This document shows, one piece after another, positions 12,443 to 23,469 of a stretch of 64,000 nucleotides of DNA. The stretch lies in NCBI GenBank assembly GCA_051362555.1, contig CM120649.1, forward strand, positions 2,914,001 to 2,978,000, given 5' to 3'. This DNA comes from Lingula anatina (lineage: Eukaryota > Animalia > Brachiopoda). Position numbers and translations under genes: made by a program. The stretch's first letter is position 1; every line of letters begins with the position of its first letter. The notes beneath the pieces were generated by a model. That model saw only the letters and a list, made by a program, of their open reading frames with translations, searched no databases and had not been told where the DNA came from.

Positions 12443-14249
12443 AAGTAACAGGTAAATCATCAAAGGGTTACCTGGATAAGTGAGATCATCTGTTTACCCC
12501 TCCTTTACCTGGAGATATACTTTGATCAGATTTATAATAAAATGTTCTGTACTTCTATCTCGAAAATTGTATGTACTTGTACTCCATGAAAATAATTTGT
12601 TTTATAAGATTTTCTATCCTCGAGTTGCAACATCACACTAAGAAATACTCAGAAAATGGATGAAAATATTTGAACTTTGTACTCTTTCCTTTATATTTGT
12701 ACATAAATATATATTCTTTGGGGGCAAGTTGTCCTGGGGGGGGAATTGTCGGGGGGGGGGGGGGAATAGTCCAGGGGGAATTGTCCTGATACCCCGAAAT
12801 CACCGGTAGATCGGACCACACTACCTGTTTTCAAGGTGTGTGTCAGCACACATTTCACTATCTGGAATTGATAATAATATTTTAGATGGTTATTGCCACC
12901 ATTCTGTGTCTACTAGCTGAGTTTATGAAACATACATTTATAAAATCATGTTTTTCTCTCTCTTCTTACTGGTACATTTCAACATTCCCTACAATAACCC
13001 AAATAAGAGCCAACAAACATATCTGAATGCACATCATTCATTTATGAATTATTGTTCAAAGATGGACAAAACACAATTATTTCCAAGATACGCATGCAGG
13101 TATGTGGTTCTGGGCCTTTAGAGTAAGTGAGAAATGAACTGCATATATGCAGTAACATTCCATATGGGGATAATTAAAGTCATAATAACTCTTCATTTTG
13201 GCCAAAAATTGGATTTTCCTGGAGTAAACGGCAATTTTCCCGTACTTACCAATGGTCAGCGACCCCATTCCTGCATTCAAAGTTAATCCAGGGTTTTTTT
13301 CCTAAACGTACGGTTTTTTGTTAAAATCTCTTAAGAGATTTTAACTGACGGAACTCTCTCTGACATCGCATAGTCACTGTTGACCTACTTAAAACCGCGG
13401 GAAAAGCAGACAACAACAACACTATATAAGATTCATGAGATATATTCGTCTTTTTGTTAAAAATACATTAATATCCACAATGTGTGCCGTTCTGGGCTTT
13501 TTGTTATCCGACGCACTGTACAAAAACTCGCAACTTACGTCTGCGTCCGCATTAATGCGTTTGGCGCCATATGTTATTTTGGTCTCGAATGAACGCGAGA
13601 ATCCGCGTGACACCATTACGTCATTAGCAACGAATGCCTTGATGAAAGCTTCGAAAGCCCTATTGACAAGCACAGATTTTAGTTTTACTACAATAACGGC
13701 CGTTTTAGTGGTAAAATACAATAGAATATATTTCCATGCGTTGTTTACAATGTATTTCATGCGGAATTTTGAATCTCAAAGGAAGAGTTATTATTGCTTT
13801 AAGCTCCATTATTGCAAATAAAAATAATTTCCAAAATTTTTGCTAATCTTTGAAAAAAAAAATTGGATTTTGGTTGCATTTTTTAAGTTTGTTCCTTTCC
13901 ATTGTTTCTGCTTTGGACCGAAGTATCTATTGTCCCTGGCTGTTGCCCAGTAGGTGTAAAAGTTTCCTTTTTTTTGTTTTCAGAGACGTTCTGTTTCCTA
14001 AATTTAGTTAATCGTTTACTTTCACCTATCTCTTCAATCAAAACATTTCTTTTAATTTTTTATGAACTGTTTATATTTCATTCTTTAAAGTCAACACATC
14101 CATAAGATTTTCAAATTTAAATGTCTTTTTTTTAAACTTATATTATGAAGTGTATATTTACACAAATGCAAAAGTTGTAAGATGGTTATCAAACAAAGTT
14201 CAAGCTAGATAGGCCTATTTATACTTACAATATATGAATCAATATCCAT
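3488..14249 (-). CDS. ZNFX1: ZNFX1-like copy 1; join(14229..14249,10437..10531,3964..9230,3488..3675), about 1856 aa
   Basis: All introns are GT-AG with matching phases 0/2/1; total 5571 nt is divisible by 3. Motifs: FRLLREDF, Walker A GPPGTGKT, YTNHALDQF, Walker B IVEEAAE, LIGDHKQL, SLFER, QHRM, VDNFQGEE, RICVALSRA, NF-X1 Cys/His repeats, RZ finger WFKCPN|GHIYAIGDCGGAM..CPEC..IGG..H. Exon 1 is inferred from conservation across the three copies. Confidence 0.82.
3964..9230 (-). CDS. ZNFX1: ZNFX1 copy 1 main exon (5267 nt): helicase, NF-X1 fingers and RING-like region
   Basis: ORF 3884..9046 extends open in frame to the acceptor TTCAAG|G at 9230; donor AAT G|GTAAGT at 3964/3963. Confidence 0.95.
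9647..10037. mobile_element. Solo LTR (391 bp) in intron 2 of copy 1
   Basis: TGTCAG...CTGACA termini, 5-bp TSD ACCAT (9642-9646 and 10038-10042), internal AATAAA. Absent at the orthologous site in copy 2 (~31637). Confidence 0.8.
10618..10910. mobile_element. Small palindromic MITE-like element, also at ~32269-32560
   Basis: Inverted arms GGCCCCATTC..ACTAGT..GGGTCAAATATG and ATATTTGACCC..ACTAGT..GATGGGACC, with a duplicated right arm. Confidence 0.5.
10998..12793. mobile_element. TIR element with (GGACAATTCCCC)-type subterminal repeats and 8-bp TSD, carrying nested insertions; duplicate at 32648..34458
   Basis: TSD CCGAAATC at 10990-10997 and 12794-12801; imperfect ~150-bp inverted arms at ~11000-11160 and ~12625-12790. 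A related single arm lies at ~62833-63030. Confidence 0.7.
11615..12443 (+). mobile_element. 5'-truncated non-LTR retrotransposon end with C-terminal zinc knuckle and (TAAA)n tail; frameshifted and with a premature stop
   Basis: KPKLRTY..FK..F..ESY...LRCGILPLRLETGRY...LCKLC....EDEVHF...CPLY; 8-nt insertion near 11908 and CGA>TGA near 12059 relative to the 33 kb copy. Confidence 0.8.
13178..13798. mobile_element. Kolobok-like non-autonomous DNA transposon (621 bp), TTAA TSD
   Basis: TTAA|AGTCATAATAACTCTTC...GAAGAGTTATTATTGCT|TTAA; single TTAA at the empty site in copy 2 (~34843). Confidence 0.85.
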
Positions 14250-14400
14250 TTAATTTAAAAAGTGTATTGTGAAGTAGTTATACATAAGACAATACATAAG
14301 AAAACAGATTATTTTGAAAAATAAACATGATAAATGCACAAACGACCGCTTCACAGCGATTGCTTCTGTTGCGACTGCTTGTCTTCTCCAAAGCAATCCG

Positions 14401-14436
14401 TGACGTAGAACTTTCATTTTTGACTCTGGTTTTTCC
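14401..14436 (-). promoter_or_regulatory. Putative proximal promoter motif cluster (CRE/ATF-like, IRF-E-like, AP-1-like, kB/NFAT-like) of copy 1; equivalents at 39042-39077 and 63379-63414
   Basis: TGACGTAG-AACTTTCATTTT-TGACTC-TGGTTTTTCC lies 150-190 bp upstream of the inferred ATG and is conserved in all three copies (perfect TGACGTCA in copy 3). Confidence 0.4.
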
Positions 14437-14477
14437 AAGGTAATCGTTTGGTATCTCCCCGTGAAAACATTACTAAC

Positions 14478-14645
14478 CAGGGGCGGATTTAGGCCGTCTT
14501 CTGGGTCTTCCGGAAGACGGTCAGATTTTAAAGTTTACATTGACGGGTATCTAATATATTCTGTCGGAAGACGGTCAAAAATGGAGGATGGATTAACAAA
14601 AATAATTTGGAAGACTGTCAGAAAATCTCTCTGGATCCGCCCCTG
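14478..14645. mobile_element. hAT-like MITE (168 bp) with 5-bp TSD upstream of copy 1
   Basis: TIR CAGGGGCGGAT/ATCCGCCCCTG, TSD CTAAC; absent in copy 2 (~39114) and copy 3. Confidence 0.85.
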
Positions 14646-15785
14646 CTAACACCATCTGAAGAACACACGTTTGTAAGTCTTATACTCTAAAACTACGACT
14701 AAGCACCTGACGTTTTTGAAAAATAAAAGACAGCAAATTTACACGTCCGATCTCAATCAAGCTGATCGAGACGCGCGCTGCAGCACTGTTCTTTCTGCTT
14801 CCGACTCGTGCACACCAGCTCCGACAAATTTGGGTGCTCTTTAGTAATTTAAAACTTAACTCTACACCACAGGTGCACCCACACTACGAAGTAACTCTGA
14901 AAGATTGTTACGGTTGAATTTCCCTCGAGGGTAAATCTTACTACCCGCAATTATGTTATTTAATCAGCTTAATTCTTGATCACCTTCTAGCCACGTCACG
15001 TTGATAATTACTCACCATCCGCCGTGAATAACTCTCTGCGTTTAGCTATCAGTTCACTATTTCTCTTTCTGGCTGATGGTGAGGGGCGTGTTGCTCAAAC
15101 AGCGCAGGTTTCGCTTTAAGTACCAGGAAATATTTTATCAGCTGAGACTAAAGAATCAATGACGTCACGCCACGCTGAAAATAAACACTTCTGCGCAGGC
15201 GAATAGGCCGTAATCTGAAGCCTGAGAGATGTTGTTTTACTCTCTCATCATGCAGCTGGAAGGTCGATTCAGAACTAGCTGGAGTATTTTGCCACCGAAA
15301 TCCGCGAAGTTCCTTCCACGAAAACTGTCGACGAAAACAGTGTTCAGTTTCAAACACCCGCAATAAGTAATGCAAGGATACAACGCGTAAGGTAAAACCT
15401 GGCGGTGCCTAGGCCACATTGTCCAATCATAGGACGCAATTGGACATAAATCTGCATATGCATGAATCAAGCTGACCTAATTTCACCCAATTTCTGGGTC
15501 ACTAGTCTCACGCTTTACTACGGATACTACACAGCTAAATTAATGCCCAGCAAGCGAAAAGACAGAAAGAATTAAAGGGTAAGGTTTTTACACATATATT
15601 CAAGGCTTCCTAACTACTAGTACGTGCCATAATGATTTATAGAATATTATACGCGTGTTTGTGTATGTGCATTGTATGTGACAAAAATCCCTGTACTAGT
15701 AACAGATTTAATTTTACAGTCAGGTAGAAACAAACAATGTGGAGAAACTTTGCACAGAGGAGGACTCAACAGAACCTCTTACAAA

Positions 15786-15816
<31 letters not shown>

Positions 15817-16985
15817 AAATAAAATAAAATAAATATGCTCATCATCTCCAGCTTTTACTGGTTCGAGACATCATTTGCCTGATACTGCTGTGAGGTATGT
15901 ACAACATATTTTAAGTAAAATGAAATAAGCCCTACATATGCATTATTTATGGCCATGATAATATTACATGATGCTTAGTTATTTTGGTGACTGTGAGTTT
16001 TGGTGTTTTTTAGAAAATATATTTTCATTGTGATAACACAAATCAAAATTGGATTCTATTATTTCACATTGAAAACATTTTTATGTGAAAATCTCATGTG
16101 AGTGGCAATTCAGTTTACATTTTCAAACCAAGTATAATTAAATTAACTTTCTAAATATTTTATGGAGTAGTTAAAGAAATGTTGTACAAACAGTATTTTA
16201 TATTATAAATGTTAAGTTATTCCAATGGATTTTTAATTCAAAGTCGGTATACACTATTGAAGCAAATATTTTTTTCATTTCTGTTCTTCTGCTCAAAAGC
16301 AACTTGACCTAAACAGCAGAAATAAAAAAAAAAAAATGATGAGCCTGTCCTTGTGCATATAGGGAGCAAGTGAATCAGTGGTTCAGTACCTATACCAGAT
16401 ATGCAGGAGACAAAAAGATTAAAATGTACTTAATTAATTAAAAAATATCAACTAGGCCAGATCAATGGATCAAGTTTGTTCCCTTTCCATTATATTATAA
16501 ATGAGCTAAATTGACTTTTTGCACAGGACGAGTGGTCTTTTATTTATATACATGTTTACTATACATGCTTAATATACATGCTTTATTTGTTTAGCTTATC
16601 TCCTTGTAGGCCAGCTGAACCTGTGGAATATAAGTCACCAAACATTTTGTAACTTTGTTGTGAAAGACAGACTGATACATAGGATGGAGGTTCTACGATT
16701 GAACAAATTGACCTCACTGTTCTAGGCTGAAGTTGAAAAACATTCAGTTGGCGATACATCTAGTTTTAGGCGAGACATTAACTAGTGATTTTTTTAATCA
16801 AAAGTCTGGTCATTGATTGAAGATTTTTTAAGGAAAGGGTAATAAAAGTATAGTTGTTCAGTTTAGTTAGGATTTCATTACAGTACACACTTAATTGCTT
16901 TACAATAATCACTCAGAGAGTGAAGTATGGATTTTGAGTCATTGTTGCACATCATCTTAAGCTTATTTCCGTTTATATTATTCAG

Positions 16986-18890
16986 AAAGGATAAACTCAA
17001 AATATGGAAGCGTGTAAGGGTCACAACACCAACACCAAAAACAAACTTCACAACACCAACACTAAAAACAAAACTCACAACACCAAAAACAAAACTCACA
17101 ACACCAACACCAAAAACAAACTTCACAACACCAAAAACAAAACTCACAACACCAACACCAAAAACAAACTTCACAACACCAACACCAAAAACAAAACTCA
17201 CAACACCAAACAAAGAGCGATTTAAACAAACCTGAGTATCATGTATACTGTATCATGTCTGCATTAGATAACCACTCTACTTGACCCACTTCAGTGGCCA
17301 TTAAAGAACAATCAATTGTCAAGTTTAAGGCCCTTTGATTAAACAACCATATTTTCTCTCATATTTTAGTTTAGAGGTAAAAACTTAAATAGGATAGAAA
17401 ATATGGTTACTTTGGTTGCTTGGCACGGCTGTCTATCCTGCTTCTGTGAAAAAATCTTAGATGATCTGATTAAGATTAAAATAGACCATTTTCTCTAGAA
17501 GGGTTGGAATTGCCACTACTCTTTAATTTGCAACCTTGACAAGTGATTGATTGTTCTTCAATGACTACTGAAGTCGGTCAAGTTGGCATAGTAACTTGGT
17601 GCAAACATATAATACATATGATTCTAAAGTTTGCTACTAGACTTGTGTTTAAAATGCTCCCCGTGCTTGTTGTTGCCAAAACAACCAAAGTAACCATATT
17701 TTCTATCCTATTTTAGTTTTTACCTTTAAACTAAAATATGATGGAATATATGGTTGTTCAATCAAAGGGCCTTAAACCATTGCAAGCTAATTAACTTTGA
17801 GACACTTCTCGGGCTTAACATTCATAAGTCATGTGTACCTCGCTTCTGAATGTTAAATCGTTTAAGTCATGTTTAACAACTTCTGTAGTTGAGGCTGATG
17901 CCTGAATATCACATAATCAGCGTTCTTCGCCAGAACTATGAGAAAAACATGATTTTTGAATAATTGGCGATCCTCAAATGTAGCTTGGATTGATTGATAT
18001 GTAGGAATAGATTCAAAAATTGACAGTTGACTCTTAATTTGTTCTACGTTACGTTATTATTTCTACAAGGACCACACCTTACATTACTGGTGAGCTTTAT
18101 TTTAATAAACACTGTGCCCCAACAGCCGCACAGCTGAATCCGAAATCTCAATTAAGCTTTATTGTGTAAAAAAGTAAGACACAAACTTAACATCTTGAAG
18201 GGTTGGAACTGCCTCTACTCTTTAATGTGTAGGCTTGACAATTGATTGATTATTCTTTAATGGCCACTGAAGTGGTCAAGTGTGAGTGGTCATATAGTGC
18301 AGACATGATATGGTATACATGATACTCAGGTTTGTTTAAAACGCTCTTTGTTTGGTGTTGTGAGTTTTGTTTTTGGTGTTGGTGTTGTGAGTTTTGTTTT
18401 TGGAGTTGGTGTTGTGACCCTTACACGCTTCCATATCAAAATATGGCTTATGAGAGATTTTCCACAGCTTGTTTTTCATAAAAGTCGGAGAAATGCAAGT
18501 TCTGGTACTTACATCAAGGACAGAAACTGAGGAGGAAGGAGGAGACAGTTCCAAGGAGAAGAACAGCAGAAATGAATGATGGAAAACTGGTGTGATACTT
18601 AAAAACACATACCACACCATGACCTCTCTCTTCCAGTGAATTTACATATGTATCAGCCAAAGAAGTTGTTCCAAATGAGCTTATTTTCTTTCTTGGGCCA
18701 TTTCGGCTTCTAAAGAGCCAACACTAGATAATCTCTCTTTGTCAGAAGAAACTCACACCAAGCTGCTGTCAATCTGTCAAGATATTGTATAATTAGCATT
18801 TAAAGGGAGGAAAATTACTCAGAAGTAACTGCATGGCTCTGTCTCTGACAACAGTTAAGACACTTCCCAACTGCTCATTATTGATAATTA
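16986..18890 (+). pseudogene. Decayed Academ-like transposase fragment interrupted by the foldback element; duplicate at ~41487-43720
   Basis: Removing the insertion joins KDKLKIW-LMRDFPQLVFH. Downstream are SAKEVVPNEL and KLLSICQDIV*LAFKGRKITQK*LALSLT, resembling the Academ motif LSI.QDIVY...GRK.TPK...L.LT. Multiple stops and frameshifts. Confidence 0.55.
17003..18435. mobile_element. Foldback element with TATGG...CCATA termini and inverted 27-bp minisatellite arms (Crypton-like)
   Basis: TATGGAAGCGTGTAAGGGTCACAACACC and GGTGTTGTGACCCTTACACGCTTCCATA; 6-bp direct repeat TCAAAA on both sides; nested TIR element at ~17325-17775. Confidence 0.85.
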
Positions 18891-19532
18891 AAATAGCAAC
18901 ATCATATACTTAACCACTGTAGGCCTAGAGGCCAGTATTGTCTGACTCCAGTTGCTGTCTTCCAATGATATACCAGCAGGTTTCATCAGAGGATTTCCCA
19001 CAATTCTGTTACAATTCTGGGACAATATTGACTTTAAGGAAGAAAAAAACTCACTGGGGCTATGGTGATTAGAATTTTGCTGTGACTTTTTACAAAGAGA
19101 TTTAAATATGAATGTCCCTCCCAGTACTTGTAATATATTCTCTTTTCTGTATATGAACATGTAAAGATAAACTCCCAAATATGTTTGTCCTAATCGAATC
19201 TTTTATGTGGTTTACATATTAATCTGGAATGCATTTAGCATGAAAATGTTAGAGAAAAGCTTCAGTATACATAGAATTATTGCCCCATTGTTTTGGTCCT
19301 TTTACCATATTTTTATTTTATTATAAAATTTTTTTTCAACAAAGGCTCTGTTTTATCTTATTCTATATATTAAATCATTTATAAGAATTTGCTTCTGAAA
19401 AAATCATTTTAAATAGAATGTTCACCGTCAACCCAACGGTGATTGTTATGCGATGAACGTTGGACATAAGACGCGAAGCCATCATTGTCTAAATTATATA
19501 GAGGTCAGCGACAACAGCGATCTTGCTCTACC

Positions 19533-19706
19533 GGGGCCGTAGCGATAGTCCGAAGGTTCAATAGTCCGAAGGTTCATTGGTCCGAATGTTCACTATAGAA
19601 CCTTCGGACCAATGAACCCTTGATTAAAAAATCGATAAAAATGTTACCACTTTTTGGACCAATGAACCTTCCGACCAATGAACCTTCGGACTATCGAGAC
19701 GCCCCC
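19533..19706. mobile_element. Small MITE with internal (GTCCGAAGGTTCA)-type inverted repeats; left-truncated duplicate at ~46960-47125
   Basis: Flanked by the direct repeat GCTCTACC, with GGGG...CCCC ends and a palindromic interior. Confidence 0.7.
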
Positions 19707-20691
19707 GCTCTACCTGTAGTGGAGGCCATATGATCCAAACGCAGCTGACTTTGTGAGTGGGGTGCACTAACCCTATTATCCTTGATATCTTTCCTTGCGA
19801 TTCCAGTCCTGTGTATTATTTGTCCAAGACCGTATCGAGCACGTACCCTCTACCAGGGCCACAGGTTGATTTTTCACCAGATATCCACAGATAATTTTTC
19901 TCACAAAATATGGTCAATCTTCTAACTGTGGCTGGTGGAAAATATGCCAATAATATATCCCGCCCTGGTAGAGGGTAGCAAGCATGAAGGCTTCGTTCAA
20001 GCGATTCTTCACGAAATAAGCGGTGACATGTGAGAGAGAGTCCTCCATGATAGAGAGTCTGCTTACCATTCATTTGTACAGGTAAGCCTCGCTCTAGATT
20101 TTGATCCACTTAGGTTATACGTACTAACCCTTACCACTATGACTATAAGAAGGGGGGACTTTCTGTTACATGGACTCTCAGTTTCGGTACACCAGCACAT
20201 ACAATATGTACAGGTAACTGTATCCTTATAATGCATCACTCAATGTAAAAAGGACCTGATTTCCCTGTGCTTCATGAAGCACTATGCTCTTCTTTCACAT
20301 TAAATTTTAACTTCCAATTACGTTGAACATGATATGATGCCTGAATGTTAGTTTTCTAATTTCATTTTGTGATTCTTTTCACCATGAAACAACCTGAAAC
20401 ACTGAATTATGGTAACATCAGGCACCACTGATCCATAGCTTCATCACAAATATTTTTTGTAATAAATAAAAAATATTATATTGTCGCAACTTGTTTTTAT
20501 TGGTAAAAACAGACAACTGTGAAATAGATTTAGAAGTATTTATTTTACCTGAAGAGATAAAAAGATAGTGTATTTGCACAACCACAACCAGTCAGTTACA
20601 AAAGAGTGAATCTATATGTTACAATGAATAAAACACTTAATTTAAACAAAATAACTAATCCAATACATACACCCATTTAATAATATAACTA

Positions 20692-22272
20692 AACTAGAGG
20701 ATCAGAGAGGCGATACCGCCTTCTGTTATAGTACCACCAGCTGGAGTAAGCGCATTCGTATGGAAAACCAAAAAAAAACAGGTCACCACCACCACCACCA
20801 GTGTTAAGCTTGACAAGCTCTATAAAATGCAATAAACAAGAGTTCTCAAAATATGCAAAAAGAAGTGAAAAAACAGCATAACTGTAAAAACAGTCTGATC
20901 AAGCTTATTTTCGAATTAAGCTGTATTTTTGTAATATTGATCACTCCTGTGATTTTCAAGACAGTAGACATATGGGTTTTCCTTGAAATGTGTTATCAGC
21001 GTTGCATATGTGTTGGATAAAAAGAAAACCCAGGAGAAACACTGGGCACATCTCTGCCAGATTTGAAGATATGAGGGGCAGAAAATATGCAAAGTTCAGT
21101 TCATGGTGAAAAGTAGGTCAAAGGTCAATTTCAGAGTCACTGTTAGATTGGCATTATATGTCTTCCTATTCAAGTTCAATAGTAACTATGCGCATTTCTT
21201 TGTCAGTTTTGGAGATGTAAGAGCTAGAAGATTTGCAAAGTTCAGTTCATGGTGAAAAGTAGGTCATATGTCAATTTCAAGGTCACAGTAAGATTGCCAG
21301 TATACGACTTCTTATTCAAGTTCAACAGTAACTATGGGCGTATCTTTTCGAGATATAAAGGATAGAAAATTTGCAAAGTTCAGTTCATGGTGAGAAATAG
21401 GTCAAAGGTCAATTTCAAGGTCACAGTTAAATAGCCAGTATATGGCTTCCTATTCAAGTTCAATAGTAAATATGGGCGTATCCCGGTCAGTTTTCGAGAT
21501 ATAAGAGACAGCAAATTTGCAGAGTTCAGTTTATGGTGAAAAGTAGGTCAAAGGTCGTTTTCAAGGTCACACAAACACCACTGCCAGTATTGACATTGAC
21601 AAGCTCTACAGAATGCAACAAACAAGAGGTCTCTAGCATTTATGGTTCCAGAATAAGAGTGTTTTCAGTTTTAGCATCTAATGGCTGCTTCTCCTGTGAA
21701 AATGCACCGATTGACCCCAAACTCCCAAAGATGAAAGGAGTCCCTAATTGTAACCCTACACTATGATATGAGAGCTTAGGTCTGTGTAGTTTCTGAAAAT
21801 TGGCACAAACATATTTTTTTTTTGCAGAAAATTCCCATTTTTAGAAAATTTTGGCCTGTTTGACCTTGGAATAAAGGTCAAAATTCAAATCCAAGGGCAT
21901 ATTTGGTATCTCCACATATGACTTTCCATCAAGCTTCTGTAGAAATTTTTCCCATAATTCCTTCAGTTTGTGAGATATTTAGCATTGAATTTTCAAAAAT
22001 TCTGACAAGGGTGCGTTTGAACGAGGGCCACGCCCAGGCCAATGCACCGACTGAGACAAAAAAACCAGGGGGTTCAAGTTGAGATTATATGTGACTTAAA
22101 TCCAAGAGATGGGGACACAGGTCCTTGCGGTCTAGGAGGAGAAGCGGTAATGGTGACTTGTATCCCACGCCATCCTGCGGAGCCGGCGGAGCTGCAGGAG
22201 CCGGCGGAGCTGTACGAGACGGGTCGGGACTAAAACCATGAGTACCGCCAGCGTACACGCTGGTGGTACTAA
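20692..22272 (-). mobile_element. Helentron-associated element (HINE) family B with a ~146-bp internal tandem array
   Basis: 5' subTIR/IR AGTACCACCAGCGTGTACGCTGGCGGTACT, 3' subTIR GCTGGTGGTACT and terminal hairpin (GAGGCGATACCGCCTT on +); repeat units begin at 21102, 21248, 21386 and 21532. Confidence 0.75.
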
Positions 22273-23469
22273 TAAATAATGTTTCATGGCAATGGAATTT
22301 GAAAGAATAATTAGCTCACCTGTAAAAATAAAAAGATACTGGTCAGTTACAAAAGAGAGCGAAAAAGGGCACGGCAACAGACGCTGATCAGGTGAACACG
22401 ACTGTTATCACATGAGAGAATTATCTAATCAACCCCTGCTCAAGATGATGAAAGAAAGAAAGAAAGATATACATACAATATAAAAATGGATGTGGTGAAA
22501 AATACACAAGATGAGACTTATACCCTGTCACAAAATAAATTCGCCCATGCATGGCTTCATTTTACAACACTGGACTTCTGTCCTCAAAAATTTCTGCATT
22601 AAAAATCTGTGACACTTCAAATCTACTATTTCTTGAACTTCAAAAATAGCCATGGTCAAAGTCTAGTGAAGAGATTTAAAAATGTAATATTACTTCACAC
22701 TATTACTACTGAGTGCTTTTTTTAAATTTTTAGACCTTATATGCATTAAATAACTTTATAAACAATAATGTAATCTACATAATAATAAAATAATAATAAT
22801 AATCTAAAAGAAAACACAAATAGTTTTTTTTTTAAATATTTTTTTAAAAATCTCATTGAAGATAGCTAACCATTAAAATACCAGAATAAAAAGAAAAACT
22901 TGGCTATTTGATCTGGCTATAAATACTTAAGTTATCATCTTAATATACCTCTATAATACTTCATATTACGTATCCACCTCAACCATATGAAAGGAACAGC
23001 AGGAAAAATATCAATAACTAGAAAAAGCACTCAGGAAACACAACCTCCGCTAGGACAAATAATAATTAATAATCAACCATTTCATAATTAATGAATTGTC
23101 AACAAAATCTTATATTATATCTTCATCAGCTCATGCCCGAGCTTTCTTGAAATTCTAATTAATTAATTAGCTATTCACTTAATAAGTTAGTACCCTTCCA
23201 CTAAATCTTAACTTTTTTGCATATAATGACAATAATTCATTTCAGAAAATCACAACCTATATGCAAAATTAAATGTGCAAAAGGATCATGTATGTATAAA
23301 CATTTAAAATTCAAAGGTTACATAAGATCTGATTATGTATGAAGTCTGAAACCTTGAAAAACGAGTTTGTGGAAAGGTAAACTTTAACATTTACTGTCAT
23401 AAATACAATATTATTACTCAGAATATTGTAACTACTTCACCATTTTACCATGCTGCTGTCAAAGCAATC

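Noticed and set aside
13422-13821. 112- and 128-aa ORFs inside the TTAA element
   Set aside because: No transposase motifs, and the frames are broken in the second copy at 24.1 kb.
16330-16420. ATGATGA box C suggesting a ZFAS1-type intronic C/D snoRNA
   Set aside because: No box D (CTGA) or terminal stem at a suitable distance.
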